From a virus (lineage: Duplodnaviria; Caudoviricetes): a DNA stretch of 64,000 bases. Shown in pieces: positions 54,402 through 62,400 of this stretch. The translations under genes and the position numbers were made by a program. The stretch's first letter is position 1, and every line of letters begins with the position of its first letter. The notes under the pieces were generated by a model, which made no database searches, was not told the DNA's origin, and saw nothing but the letters and a program-made list of their open reading frames with translations. The stretch covers positions 1 to 64,000 of the IMG/VR virus record IMGVR_UViG_3300023218_000040; one strand, given 5' to 3'.

Positions 54402-55070
54402 ATGAACACACCACCCAAATATCCAAGCACCCCACATTGGCCCGCCTCACAGACGGTCCATCGGGACGACTCTCTTCACCAGACTCCAGCAGAGTTTGTG
54501 GGACGGGAAGTTGTAATCACTGAGAAGGTGGATGGTGGAAATACTTGCCTCTTCAATGGGGGAGTGTATGCTCGCTCGGTGGCTGCCCCATCGACGGCTA
54601 AGTGGTTTGCTATGGTGAAGAAACATCACGCCTGGAAGTTCAATTGTCAGCTTGATATTGCGGTCTATGGCGAGGACATCTATGGTGTTCATTCAATCAA
54701 GTACGCCCCTGTGGCTGAAGAAGAAACCTACCGTATCTTCGCCATTCGGGCTCTGAATACCGACCCAGATCGCTTCTACTCTTGGGACGACCTGGAGGCT
54801 TTCGGGGCGCAGTGGGGCATCAAGACGGTCCCTGTGATATATCGTGGGGTCTTCGACTCCATATATGATATCACGAACTTCTTCGAGACTGAGCTTTCTA
54901 ATGAAAGCGGTATTGGAGGGCAGGACCGTGAGGGGTTCGTCATGCGGGTCGCTGACAGCTTCCCTGCGGACGAATTCGCTCTTCGAGTGTGCAAGTACGT
55001 GCGTCCTAACCATGTTCAGACGGATGAGCATTGGACGAAGAACTGGAAGCCATGCGAGATTAAGCGTTAG
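54402..55070 (+). CDS. ATP-dependent RNA ligase-family protein
   Basis: Motif I TEKVDG, YGE, FAI, EGFVMR, KYVR; KYPSTPH.P.S N-terminus. Confidence 0.88.
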   Translation: MNTPPKYPSTPHWPASQTVHRDDSLHQTPAEFVGREVVITEKVDGGNTCLFNGGVYARSVAAPSTAKWFAMVKKHHAWKFNCQLDIAVYGEDIYGVHSIKYAPVAEEETYRIFAIRALNTDPDRFYSWDDLEAFGAQWGIKTVPVIYRGVFDSIYDITNFFETELSNESGIGGQDREGFVMRVADSFPADEFALRVCKYVRPNHVQTDEHWTKNWKPCEIKR

Positions 55071-55075
55071 GGCAA

Positions 55076-55098
55076 GGCGGGAGGGCTTCCCTCCCGCC
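55076..55098. terminator. Hairpin between the convergent RNA ligase and hsp20 genes
   Basis: GGCGGGAGGG-ctt-CCCTCCCGCC. Confidence 0.7.
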
Positions 55099-55110
55099 GC
55101 CCTCGTCTTA

Positions 55111-55611
55111 TCAGGCCGACTTGACAGCCTTCAGGGTTTCCGTAGAACCGGGAATCACGTCTTCTGCTCCGTTCATATTAATAACTTTAAGCTTCCGTGG
55201 CTTTTCTGATTCCGGAATGACCCTGGTCACTGGAATAGTCAGCAAGCCATTCCTCATGCTCGGAACGCCCACTTCCATGTTGTCACCTAGACGGATCTCC
55301 AGGCTGAAATCACGACGAGCAATCCCCCGATGTAGGTACTCTTCGTTGTTGCCAGTTAGTAGACGACCAGAGATGGACAAATTACGGTTCTTTACTTCCA
55401 CATCGATTTGGTCAGGATCAAATCCAGTAGCAGCAACTTCTACCATGTACTTGTCCTCATCGATCTTGATGATGTTGTACTTTGGATAGTTGACATCCGG
55501 CGCATTCACATAGTTTCGAAGTTCGCTGAAAAGCGGTCCAAAACCTAGGACACGTGGATGATGAAAGGTTGATTCGAGTTCATCGAATAGACGAGTTAGT
55601 TCGTTACTCAT
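55111..55611 (-). CDS. hsp20: Small heat-shock protein (Hsp20/IbpA-like)
   Basis: YPKYNIIK, VEVA.TGF, YLHRGIARRDF, NGLL.I. Confidence 0.95.
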   Translation of the reverse strand: MSNELTRLFDELESTFHHPRVLGFGPLFSELRNYVNAPDVNYPKYNIIKIDEDKYMVEVAATGFDPDQIDVEVKNRNLSISGRLLTGNNEEYLHRGIARRDFSLEIRLGDNMEVGVPSMRNGLLTIPVTRVIPESEKPRKLKVINMNGAEDVIPGSTETLKAVKSA

Positions 55612-55615
55612 TTTA

Positions 55616-55672
55616 GTATCCTCCTAGTTAGCAAGGTTACATTGTATAAGGCCCCAAAAGGCGACCTCACAC
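55616..55672 (-). ncRNA. ROSE-like RNA thermometer in the hsp20 5' UTR
   Basis: Hairpin 1 GUGUGAGGUC..UUUU..GGCCUUAUAC; hairpin 2 CCUU(G)CU-AACU-AG GAGG pairs UUGCU with the SD and leaves a bulged G. Confidence 0.7.
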
Positions 55673-55713
55673 TATATTTATGTCTCTTGCTCTGGAGAAT
55701 CAAGGTTTTGAAC

Positions 55714-56229
55714 TTACTTGAATACATCTGATATCTTGGAGCCAAATCGAGAGGGAGAAAAAAATCCCATCAGTTTGCGTTGTTTCTCGTCACCACGACC
55801 GCTGGTCACACGAACCTCGAAGCCTATGTATTTGCCGTTCCCGTAACCGTTCTTTTCGAAATGCTGACGCACCGCTTGCTTCATCATCGGTACAGAGGCA
55901 GCTACGATCCCGCTGGGGGTTTTGGCAATGTACAATTGAGCCTTGCCTTTCATGTCCCGACCCTCGATACCTTTATCAATGTCCTTCATGATCTCGAAAA
56001 TGATATCTTTTCCGGTCTCTCGTCCCTTGATCTGAACAGTAAGCTGCTTCTTATTAGTTTTGTTCCTGATGTATGCATCGATCTTGTCGTGCATGTCCGC
56101 ACTCTGCGATGCAGAAACGATCTCGTAGTCCGTTCCTTCGAGCATCTTTGCAACCGCATCGAAGATTTGCTTCTCCAGGGCTTTGCCTCTGGCTACTCGG
56201 TCCTGAAAGCTTCTATCTGCTATTACCAT
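55714..56229 (-). CDS. PD-(D/E)XK-family nuclease-like protein
   Basis: G..LE, DMHDKIDA, VQIK.R; late motif GTAAATA at 56255-56261 and GGAG SD. Confidence 0.65.
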   Translation of the reverse strand: MVIADRSFQDRVARGKALEKQIFDAVAKMLEGTDYEIVSASQSADMHDKIDAYIRNKTNKKQLTVQIKGRETGKDIIFEIMKDIDKGIEGRDMKGKAQLYIAKTPSGIVAASVPMMKQAVRQHFEKNGYGNGKYIGFEVRVTSGRGDEKQRKLMGFFSPSRFGSKISDVFK

Positions 56230-57752
56230 CGGATAGTCTCCATACTGTTGTCTCTATTTACATCCCACTGCAATCGTAATTTTCCACAATCATATATAGA
56301 GTAATATCCTATATCATTCAACATTTGCTCCTTTGTAAGCAAAGAATTTGTTGCTTCACCAGAATCTAACATGCTCCTTTTTGTCTTGAATCTGCGGTGT
56401 TTTCTGTCTACAAAGTTAGTCCAAAATTTCGCTGGAGCAGTAGCACCATCAACTATAAACCCGGATATGGATTTGAAAGAACCAGTAAACCAACGTCGAT
56501 CTACAAACGCTACTACCGATGTATATCCTTTTTCACGTATTGCATGCTTAAACATCTTGGATCCCACACCAGGGTTGTTCTTTCCATTAGTCACAAATCT
56601 CTTCATTTCCACGACATCTTTTCTACCACGTTCATCTGACGGGTAACCAAACACCATTACCGAAATCAATTCATCTCCGTGGTAAGCTCCAATTCGGTAA
56701 TTGCCGGATTGTCCAGCACCAAGCAAATGATGCTTGTTCAAAAATTCTGATGCTGTAGCCCACGAAACCTCAAGAATAGTTGTGTTTCTGGCATACACAC
56801 CTTTGGGTGAACACCCTAAAAAATGTGCTAACGTGCTCTTAACGATTTCTTGCTTGTCTCTCCATTCATCCTCGAAAACTGTTATTAATCTAATACCTTT
56901 TTGTTCGCACAATTCGTGTTTTTTCAAGTGATACCTTTTATCTTTATTACCAAAGAAAGAAGAATGAGTGCGCAATCCACAATATTCTATTCCTAAATTG
57001 ATAGCTGGTATAAGAATATCGATTTCATATGGATTTATGGTATCTCTATCATTCTCTACTACTTCTACATTAAAACTCTTAACAAAATCACAAACTTCTT
57101 TTTCTGCTTTAGATGTTTGTTTTCCTATGGCACATTTTGGACAACCCACACCGGTATACATATGATGACCAGCATATTGCTCAACTTCACCATGTTTGGG
57201 GCAATCGATTTTTACCTTTTCATATTGATTGGTATATTCTACATTCGGATAACTGTATTTTCCATCATGTTTTTTTATGGAACGTTTAATGAATTCCTCA
57301 TTACCAACCCGTCGCTTTTCATTGGCACATTTTGGACATCCAGAACCATTTTTATGTCTAGAAACTTTCTGTTTAAACAATCCGTGATCAGGACATTCTA
57401 TTTCAAGTATATGACGGCTTCCTCTAAAATTTTCAGGCTTTTTGATGGGGTATTTGTACTTTTTTCCATGAATAGCAGTAAACTCTTCAATAAATTTGTT
57501 CCATCCCAGTTGTCTACCAGGACGGGTGAATGTTGTACATACGGGACAAAATATGTTTCGTTGAAGTATTCGATTGAATTTAGTTTTACAAACATTACAA
57601 ACAAATGGATAACTTATCCACTTACCATTCCTATGCTTTCCTTTATACTCTTTCAGTGTAAATTCTAAATGAATATCTGGCAACAGATCATTACTGATTT
57701 TATCATATGATCTCTGTAATTTTGTTGTTGATACTTTTTCCGACATGTTCAT
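56223..57752 (-). CDS. Free-standing endonuclease: Zn ribbons + Vsr-like nuclease + GNAT-like domain (tandem copy A)
   Basis: YEIDILIP...GIEYCGLRTH, FEDEW, NNPGVGSKMF, VAFVDRRWF, IYDCGKLR. Confidence 0.85.
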   Translation of the reverse strand: MNMSEKVSTTKLQRSYDKISNDLLPDIHLEFTLKEYKGKHRNGKWISYPFVCNVCKTKFNRILQRNIFCPVCTTFTRPGRQLGWNKFIEEFTAIHGKKYKYPIKKPENFRGSRHILEIECPDHGLFKQKVSRHKNGSGCPKCANEKRRVGNEEFIKRSIKKHDGKYSYPNVEYTNQYEKVKIDCPKHGEVEQYAGHHMYTGVGCPKCAIGKQTSKAEKEVCDFVKSFNVEVVENDRDTINPYEIDILIPAINLGIEYCGLRTHSSFFGNKDKRYHLKKHELCEQKGIRLITVFEDEWRDKQEIVKSTLAHFLGCSPKGVYARNTTILEVSWATASEFLNKHHLLGAGQSGNYRIGAYHGDELISVMVFGYPSDERGRKDVVEMKRFVTNGKNNPGVGSKMFKHAIREKGYTSVVAFVDRRWFTGSFKSISGFIVDGATAPAKFWTNFVDRKHRRFKTKRSMLDSGEATNSLLTKEQMLNDIGYYSIYDCGKLRLQWDVNRDNSMETIRW

Positions 57753-57826
57753 ATTGATAATGTAACACAACTATAATGACAATCAAGATTTTACACTTGT
57801 TATGTACTTATCAACATTTGAACATA

Positions 57827-57851
57827 AAAGGGGGAGCCCTAGGCTCCCCTT
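57827..57851 (-). terminator. Intrinsic terminator
   Basis: GGGGAGCC-tag-GGCTCCCC followed by CTTTT on the minus strand. Confidence 0.8.
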
Positions 57852-57871
57852 CTACTTAGAATTGGACACTC

Positions 57872-58000
57872 TTATCCAATTAGTGAATTTCCTTTCTTCA
57901 GATTTTCCTGCTTGGTGAGAAGCTGCAAGTTTCCTTCAATATGAAGCCCGCACACACTCTCTCCATGCAATGGAATGATGTGGTCAACGTGATTCTTCAC
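57872..58000 (-). CDS. 42-aa HNH-motif mini-ORF or HNH remnant
   Basis: MKNHVDHIIPLHGESVCGLHIEGNLQLLTKQENLKKGNSLIG; its GTG overlaps the upstream TGA (GTGA). Confidence 0.6.
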   Translation of the reverse strand: MKNHVDHIIPLHGESVCGLHIEGNLQLLTKQENLKKGNSLIG

Positions 58001-59877
58001 GTTGATTCCCAAACCAATCTGAGTTTGCCGCAATCATAAATGGGGTAGTATCCCAGGCTGTTTAACATTTGCTTCTTCGTCATATTTGGGTCAACCCCAT
58101 CCTTCTCTATCATGCTTTTTTTGGTTTTGAATCTACGCTGTTCTCTAGTGGAAAAATCAGTCCAATACTTCGTCGGCTGCGTCTTTCCATCTACTACAAA
58201 ACCAGAAAGCGCTTTGAAAGAACCAGTGAACCACCGTCTATCAACAAAGGCTATCACTTTAGTATACACCTTCTCGTCAACCGCATGCTTGAACATCTTG
58301 GAACCAACACCGGGGTTGTTCCTGCCATTCGTGACGAATCGCTTCATCTCGATGATATCCTCCATCCCACGCTCGTCGGAAGGATAACCAAACACCATGA
58401 CCGCTACTAACTCATCACCATGATACGCCCCGATTCTGTAGTTTCCTGGCTGACCAGCACCAAGAAGATGGTGCTTTTCCAAAAACCCGGAAGCAATCGA
58501 CCACGGAATATCATGTATTCTTGTTTTTCTGGCGAATACACCCTTCGGAGTGCATCCTAGAAAGTGCGACAACGTGCTCTTAACGATTTCTTGCTTGTCC
58601 CTCCACTCGTCCTCAAATATGGTAATCAATCGATATCCAGCATCTTCTGCCTTATCATGCTTCCGCACATGATAGTTGCGGTCCTTTCCTCCCTCACTTG
58701 AATGCCAATACAGACCACAATACTCTATAGCTAACTTCTTCTCTGGAATTACGATGTCGAGTTCGTATGGTGCTATAATACTTCGGTCTCGTTGAATTAC
58801 ATTGCCCTCACCAACCAAAGATGATACGAATTCGTATACCTCGATTTCACCTTTTGAAGTGATGCATGAACATATGGGACACCCTTGTCCTATCCAATGA
58901 TTCTTCGGTATTTGCTCAAAATCTCCATGCTCTTTACACGTTATCGTGACCTTCTTGTCAGCCAAGACATATTGCATCTTGGAGTAGTCATATCGGTCAC
59001 CGTGTGCCAATTTGAATCTCGCTATCACATCTTCTTGTGTGTTTCTGTTTGCATCAGCCATGCATTTAGGACAGCCATGACCTTTTTTGTGTAGTTTTGG
59101 AAGTTGTTCAAAATACCCGTGGTTTTTACACGTTATGGTAACGGGCGTACCATCACTAACGTATTTTGTTTTCGAATAATCATACTTCCCCCCGTGTATT
59201 TTCTTGAAATGTTCTATGACTTCTTCGGTGGTAAAAAGTCTGGTTCCACCACACTTCGGGCACCCGTGCCCACCATATAGATGGCCTCCAGCAAGTTGCT
59301 CAAAGCTTCCGTGAAGTGGGCAAATAATGGTCACCGGTCTGTTTTGGGATACGTAATCCACCAACGAATAATCGTATCGGTCGTTGTGTGCCTCTTTTGA
59401 CCTGGAAATAAAGGTATCGGTATCTAGTGAGCGAATTTCTATCGCACAAGACTTGCATCCACTTTTGAGATGGGAATGTGGTAGTTGTTCCCATACACCG
59501 TGTTTTGGGCACCGAATAGCTATTTTGGTATGTGCGTTCTTGTAGTCCACCAAAGAGTAGTCGTAGAGGTCGCCATGCACTGCTTGCGCCTCTTCAATGA
59601 ATCTTTTTTTGTCCCAAGGTTTGCGTCCACCAACACCCGGTCTCTTTTTACCTTTGGAAGTAGTACCACGTCTATCATTGAAGCATCCGGGGCAACCCGA
59701 AGTATTCAACACATGGTTCTTCGCCGTGGGGAAAAAATCGCCATGGATCTTACAAGTTACACGAATTTTTGACTGAAGATTACGGAATTCGGATAGGTCA
59801 TACTCATACCTATCACCATGAACTTCACAAGCTTTATCTAAAACTAAATCGGATGTCCATCGAATTCTGGATGACAT
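57997..59877 (-). CDS. Free-standing endonuclease: 5 Zn-ribbon repeats + Vsr-like nuclease + GNAT-like domain (tandem copy B)
   Basis: Five C..HG.(F/W) repeats; YELDIVIP.KKLAIEYCGLYWH; C-terminal half highly similar to copy A. Confidence 0.87.
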   Translation of the reverse strand: MSSRIRWTSDLVLDKACEVHGDRYEYDLSEFRNLQSKIRVTCKIHGDFFPTAKNHVLNTSGCPGCFNDRRGTTSKGKKRPGVGGRKPWDKKRFIEEAQAVHGDLYDYSLVDYKNAHTKIAIRCPKHGVWEQLPHSHLKSGCKSCAIEIRSLDTDTFISRSKEAHNDRYDYSLVDYVSQNRPVTIICPLHGSFEQLAGGHLYGGHGCPKCGGTRLFTTEEVIEHFKKIHGGKYDYSKTKYVSDGTPVTITCKNHGYFEQLPKLHKKGHGCPKCMADANRNTQEDVIARFKLAHGDRYDYSKMQYVLADKKVTITCKEHGDFEQIPKNHWIGQGCPICSCITSKGEIEVYEFVSSLVGEGNVIQRDRSIIAPYELDIVIPEKKLAIEYCGLYWHSSEGGKDRNYHVRKHDKAEDAGYRLITIFEDEWRDKQEIVKSTLSHFLGCTPKGVFARKTRIHDIPWSIASGFLEKHHLLGAGQPGNYRIGAYHGDELVAVMVFGYPSDERGMEDIIEMKRFVTNGRNNPGVGSKMFKHAVDEKVYTKVIAFVDRRWFTGSFKALSGFVVDGKTQPTKYWTDFSTREQRRFKTKKSMIEKDGVDPNMTKKQMLNSLGYYPIYDCGKLRLVWEST

Positions 59878-59940
59878 GACCTAAACCCTTCCAATACTAT
59901 CCCGCCAATATATGCGGTTATTTAGGGTTTGTAAAGGTCA
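59877..59940 (-). promoter_or_regulatory. Late promoter inside an RBS-sequestering hairpin
   Basis: TGACCT-ttac-AAACCCT pairs with AGGGTTT-AGGTCA(TG). CTAAATA (59919-59925) overlaps the inner end of the 5' arm. Confidence 0.65.
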
Positions 59941-59947
59941 AAAAGAA

Positions 59948-59968
59948 AAGGGCACCAACGGTGCCCTT
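59948..59968 (-). terminator. Terminator of the major capsid gene
   Basis: AAGGGCACC-gtt-GGTGCCCTT followed by TTCTTTT. Confidence 0.85.
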
Positions 59969-59996
59969 CTTCCTGCTTCGTAAGTTGTTGTTATTC

Positions 59997-61220
59997 TTAC
60001 AAAAAGCTCAAGGTAGCGGCGTTAATTCCAACCAAACCAAGATAGTCGGCACTGTTACCGAGCGACGTCGCACTGTTTACGAACTCCACGTAGCCATATC
60101 TGGTGTAGAAGCTGGTTACCAGTTCGAACGTGTTCGGGTCGGTGACCACGCCGTGCGTCGTCAAAGGTACGTATGGTGTGTAAAATGTCGCAGCGTCAAC
60201 TTCGCTAGATCCCTTATATCCGATTAGGACCGGAGTGTCGTCATCAGCGTAGTTGTCAACGTAGACACGCATCGAGTTGTTGAGCGTACCAACATACTTG
60301 TTGTTGGTAGGTGCGTCGAACGAACCCTCAGTCGTACGGGCAAAAGCCGATGCACGAGCAGACTCGATTACGGTCAGGATGGTTGGGGATATAACCGCCC
60401 AGTTACCCTTACCACGACGGGTACGAACAGCGATACGGTTTGCCTCACGACCGATTAGAACGGCCAGAGCGGCGAATTCGTCAACAACCGAAGTTGCTTG
60501 ACCAGACACTGCGGACTGATCAAAAGTATTTGCAACGGTTGGTGTAGGTGGCAGAGCACGCAGGTTGCGTAGAATTTCCTGGTCGATTTCGACCGTGATG
60601 TCCTGAGCAACAGCAGCCAGTAGCTCTTCTTCTACGTCCACACCGTACTGGTTCTGAGCGTCTGTCTGAGCCTCAACAGTCCAGCGAGCCGATAGGCGGC
60701 GGGACTTAGCTTCGACAACCTGCTTCAACATCTCCAGCTTAACAGCGTTACCTGGAACACCTTCAAGCTGAGCAGTCAATGCACCAGCAGGGGTGGCGGC
60801 AACCTCGTTACCAGAGTATGAAGCAGCTAGGTCACGTACGTGTAGAGGAGCTAGCATTTCCTCTCCAGCAATGGTGCCAGCACCAGCAGAAGTTGTTCCG
60901 TAGACGTAACGAAGGGTCATGATCTGTGCGACCGGACCCGGCATTGGCTGTACGCCAACCAGTTCGTTTACGATTACGTTTGGTAGCACACGACGAATGA
61001 TAGGCAGAATTACCTTGTTCAGCGTTGCAATGTTACCCGTGGATACGGCAGAAGCTGAGGCATTTTCCATCAGATACTTCTGGCGTCCCACGAAATCCTT
61101 ACGGGTGTTCTCTAGGCACTTGTCCATGATCTTAGCCTTCTTTGGCGGAAGACCATCCATCAAGGCTTCCTTGATGCGCAGCCACTTCGAGTTACCCTTT
61201 TCAGTGATCACGTTAGGCAT
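59997..61220 (-). CDS. gp23: Major capsid protein (gp23-like)
   Basis: LVGVQPM.GP, VEAKSRRL.ARWT.EAQ.D, EI..EID.EI, IGYKG, FY.PYVPL, TRYG; late motif at 61266-61272. Confidence 0.97.
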   Translation of the reverse strand: MPNVITEKGNSKWLRIKEALMDGLPPKKAKIMDKCLENTRKDFVGRQKYLMENASASAVSTGNIATLNKVILPIIRRVLPNVIVNELVGVQPMPGPVAQIMTLRYVYGTTSAGAGTIAGEEMLAPLHVRDLAASYSGNEVAATPAGALTAQLEGVPGNAVKLEMLKQVVEAKSRRLSARWTVEAQTDAQNQYGVDVEEELLAAVAQDITVEIDQEILRNLRALPPTPTVANTFDQSAVSGQATSVVDEFAALAVLIGREANRIAVRTRRGKGNWAVISPTILTVIESARASAFARTTEGSFDAPTNNKYVGTLNNSMRVYVDNYADDDTPVLIGYKGSSEVDAATFYTPYVPLTTHGVVTDPNTFELVTSFYTRYGYVEFVNSATSLGNSADYLGLVGINAATLSFL

Positions 61221-61313
61221 TGTTCTTTCCTCTCCTTATAGGGGGTGGGAGAATGTATTCTTGGTTATTTAGAAATTTGTTACCAAAATACGTCCCATAT
61301 CCCTCAAAAACGG

Positions 61314-62399
61314 TTATTTTTCGATTCCGGCTAGGCGTGAAATCTCTAGAATCTCATCATCATCTGCCGCATCGGTGTTGCGAGACTCCTTGAGAGTACG
61401 CTGTCCACCGGTCTTCAGTTCTACTACCGACTCTTCCAGCTTACGGCGCTTGTGCTGCTTTGCTGGTGCCTTGGCTTCGTTCAATAGCTCTGGGAGCCAC
61501 TTCTTGTATGTTGCCTGTAGCTTATCGGTACGAGATGCTTCCAACAGATCCTTCATCTTCTCACGAGTTCGACCTGTTAGCGGACTTAGCATCTTATTGA
61601 TAGCACGTGCACGGACCACAGACTCTTGTAACTTCTTCTTGCTGAGTTCTGCGTTACGTGCCGCTTCCCTTGCTTCCTTGATTTTCTTATTTGCCTTAGC
61701 CTCAAGCATTCGGGCTCGCTTCTGCGACTCCTTCAGCTTTCCGGTTATAGCACGGAATTCCTTATTGCTGTCAAAGAACTGACGACGGAAGGTGGTCATG
61801 AACGACTCGTAAATCTCACGACCGAAGTCAGACTGACGGGCAGCCTTGATGTCTTCACGAAGCTCATCTAGGGTACCCTGAACCTGAACATTCACGATGT
61901 GCTCAAGAACAGCCGCAGCCTTCTGACGGAACGCATCACGGTCGGACTCTAGCTGAGCCTTCTTTTCCGTTAGTGCATTCAAATATGCCTTGCGATTGAC
62001 CTTCTCACTTTCATGAAGCTCAGAAAGTTCACGTGCAAGCACGCCTTCAATGACCTTCTCAACTGCACCAAGACGCTTTGCTACGTATTCACGGGCATGC
62101 TCCTTTACAGTAGCACGCTCGTCAACGAGCTTCTTCTTCAATGTATCAACTTCCTCCAAACCAGTTCGGAGGTCACTGACTGCACCATTCAGTTCCTGCT
62201 CTAGAAACTGTTCAAGAGCAGCATGGATAGCCTTCTTATCCTTAGCGTAACGCTCAGCAAGTTCACCACGAATTGCCTTCTCCTGCTCCACCTTGGCTTC
62301 CGCCAATGTGTCGCTGAATACCTTCGCAATCTTCTTTCGAGTGTCTTCGTTAAGAACGTCCATGCTCTCTAGGATCTTCTGTAGAGTATCCTCAAGCAT
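61314..62399 (-). CDS. gp22: Prohead core scaffold protein (gp22-like)
   Basis: Coiled-coil E/K-rich protein between gp21 and gp23; C-terminal ISRLAGIEK. Confidence 0.88.
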   Translation of the reverse strand: MLEDTLQKILESMDVLNEDTRKKIAKVFSDTLAEAKVEQEKAIRGELAERYAKDKKAIHAALEQFLEQELNGAVSDLRTGLEEVDTLKKKLVDERATVKEHAREYVAKRLGAVEKVIEGVLARELSELHESEKVNRKAYLNALTEKKAQLESDRDAFRQKAAAVLEHIVNVQVQGTLDELREDIKAARQSDFGREIYESFMTTFRRQFFDSNKEFRAITGKLKESQKRARMLEAKANKKIKEAREAARNAELSKKKLQESVVRARAINKMLSPLTGRTREKMKDLLEASRTDKLQATYKKWLPELLNEAKAPAKQHKRRKLEESVVELKTGGQRTLKESRNTDAADDDEILEISRLAGIEK

Positions 62400-62400
62400 C

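Noticed and set aside
57997-58020. Programmed -1 frameshift fusing the 626-aa endonuclease to the mini-HNH
   Set aside because: The TTTGGGA heptamer is out of phase with the reading frame for tandem slippage; GTGA coupling or a relic is simpler.
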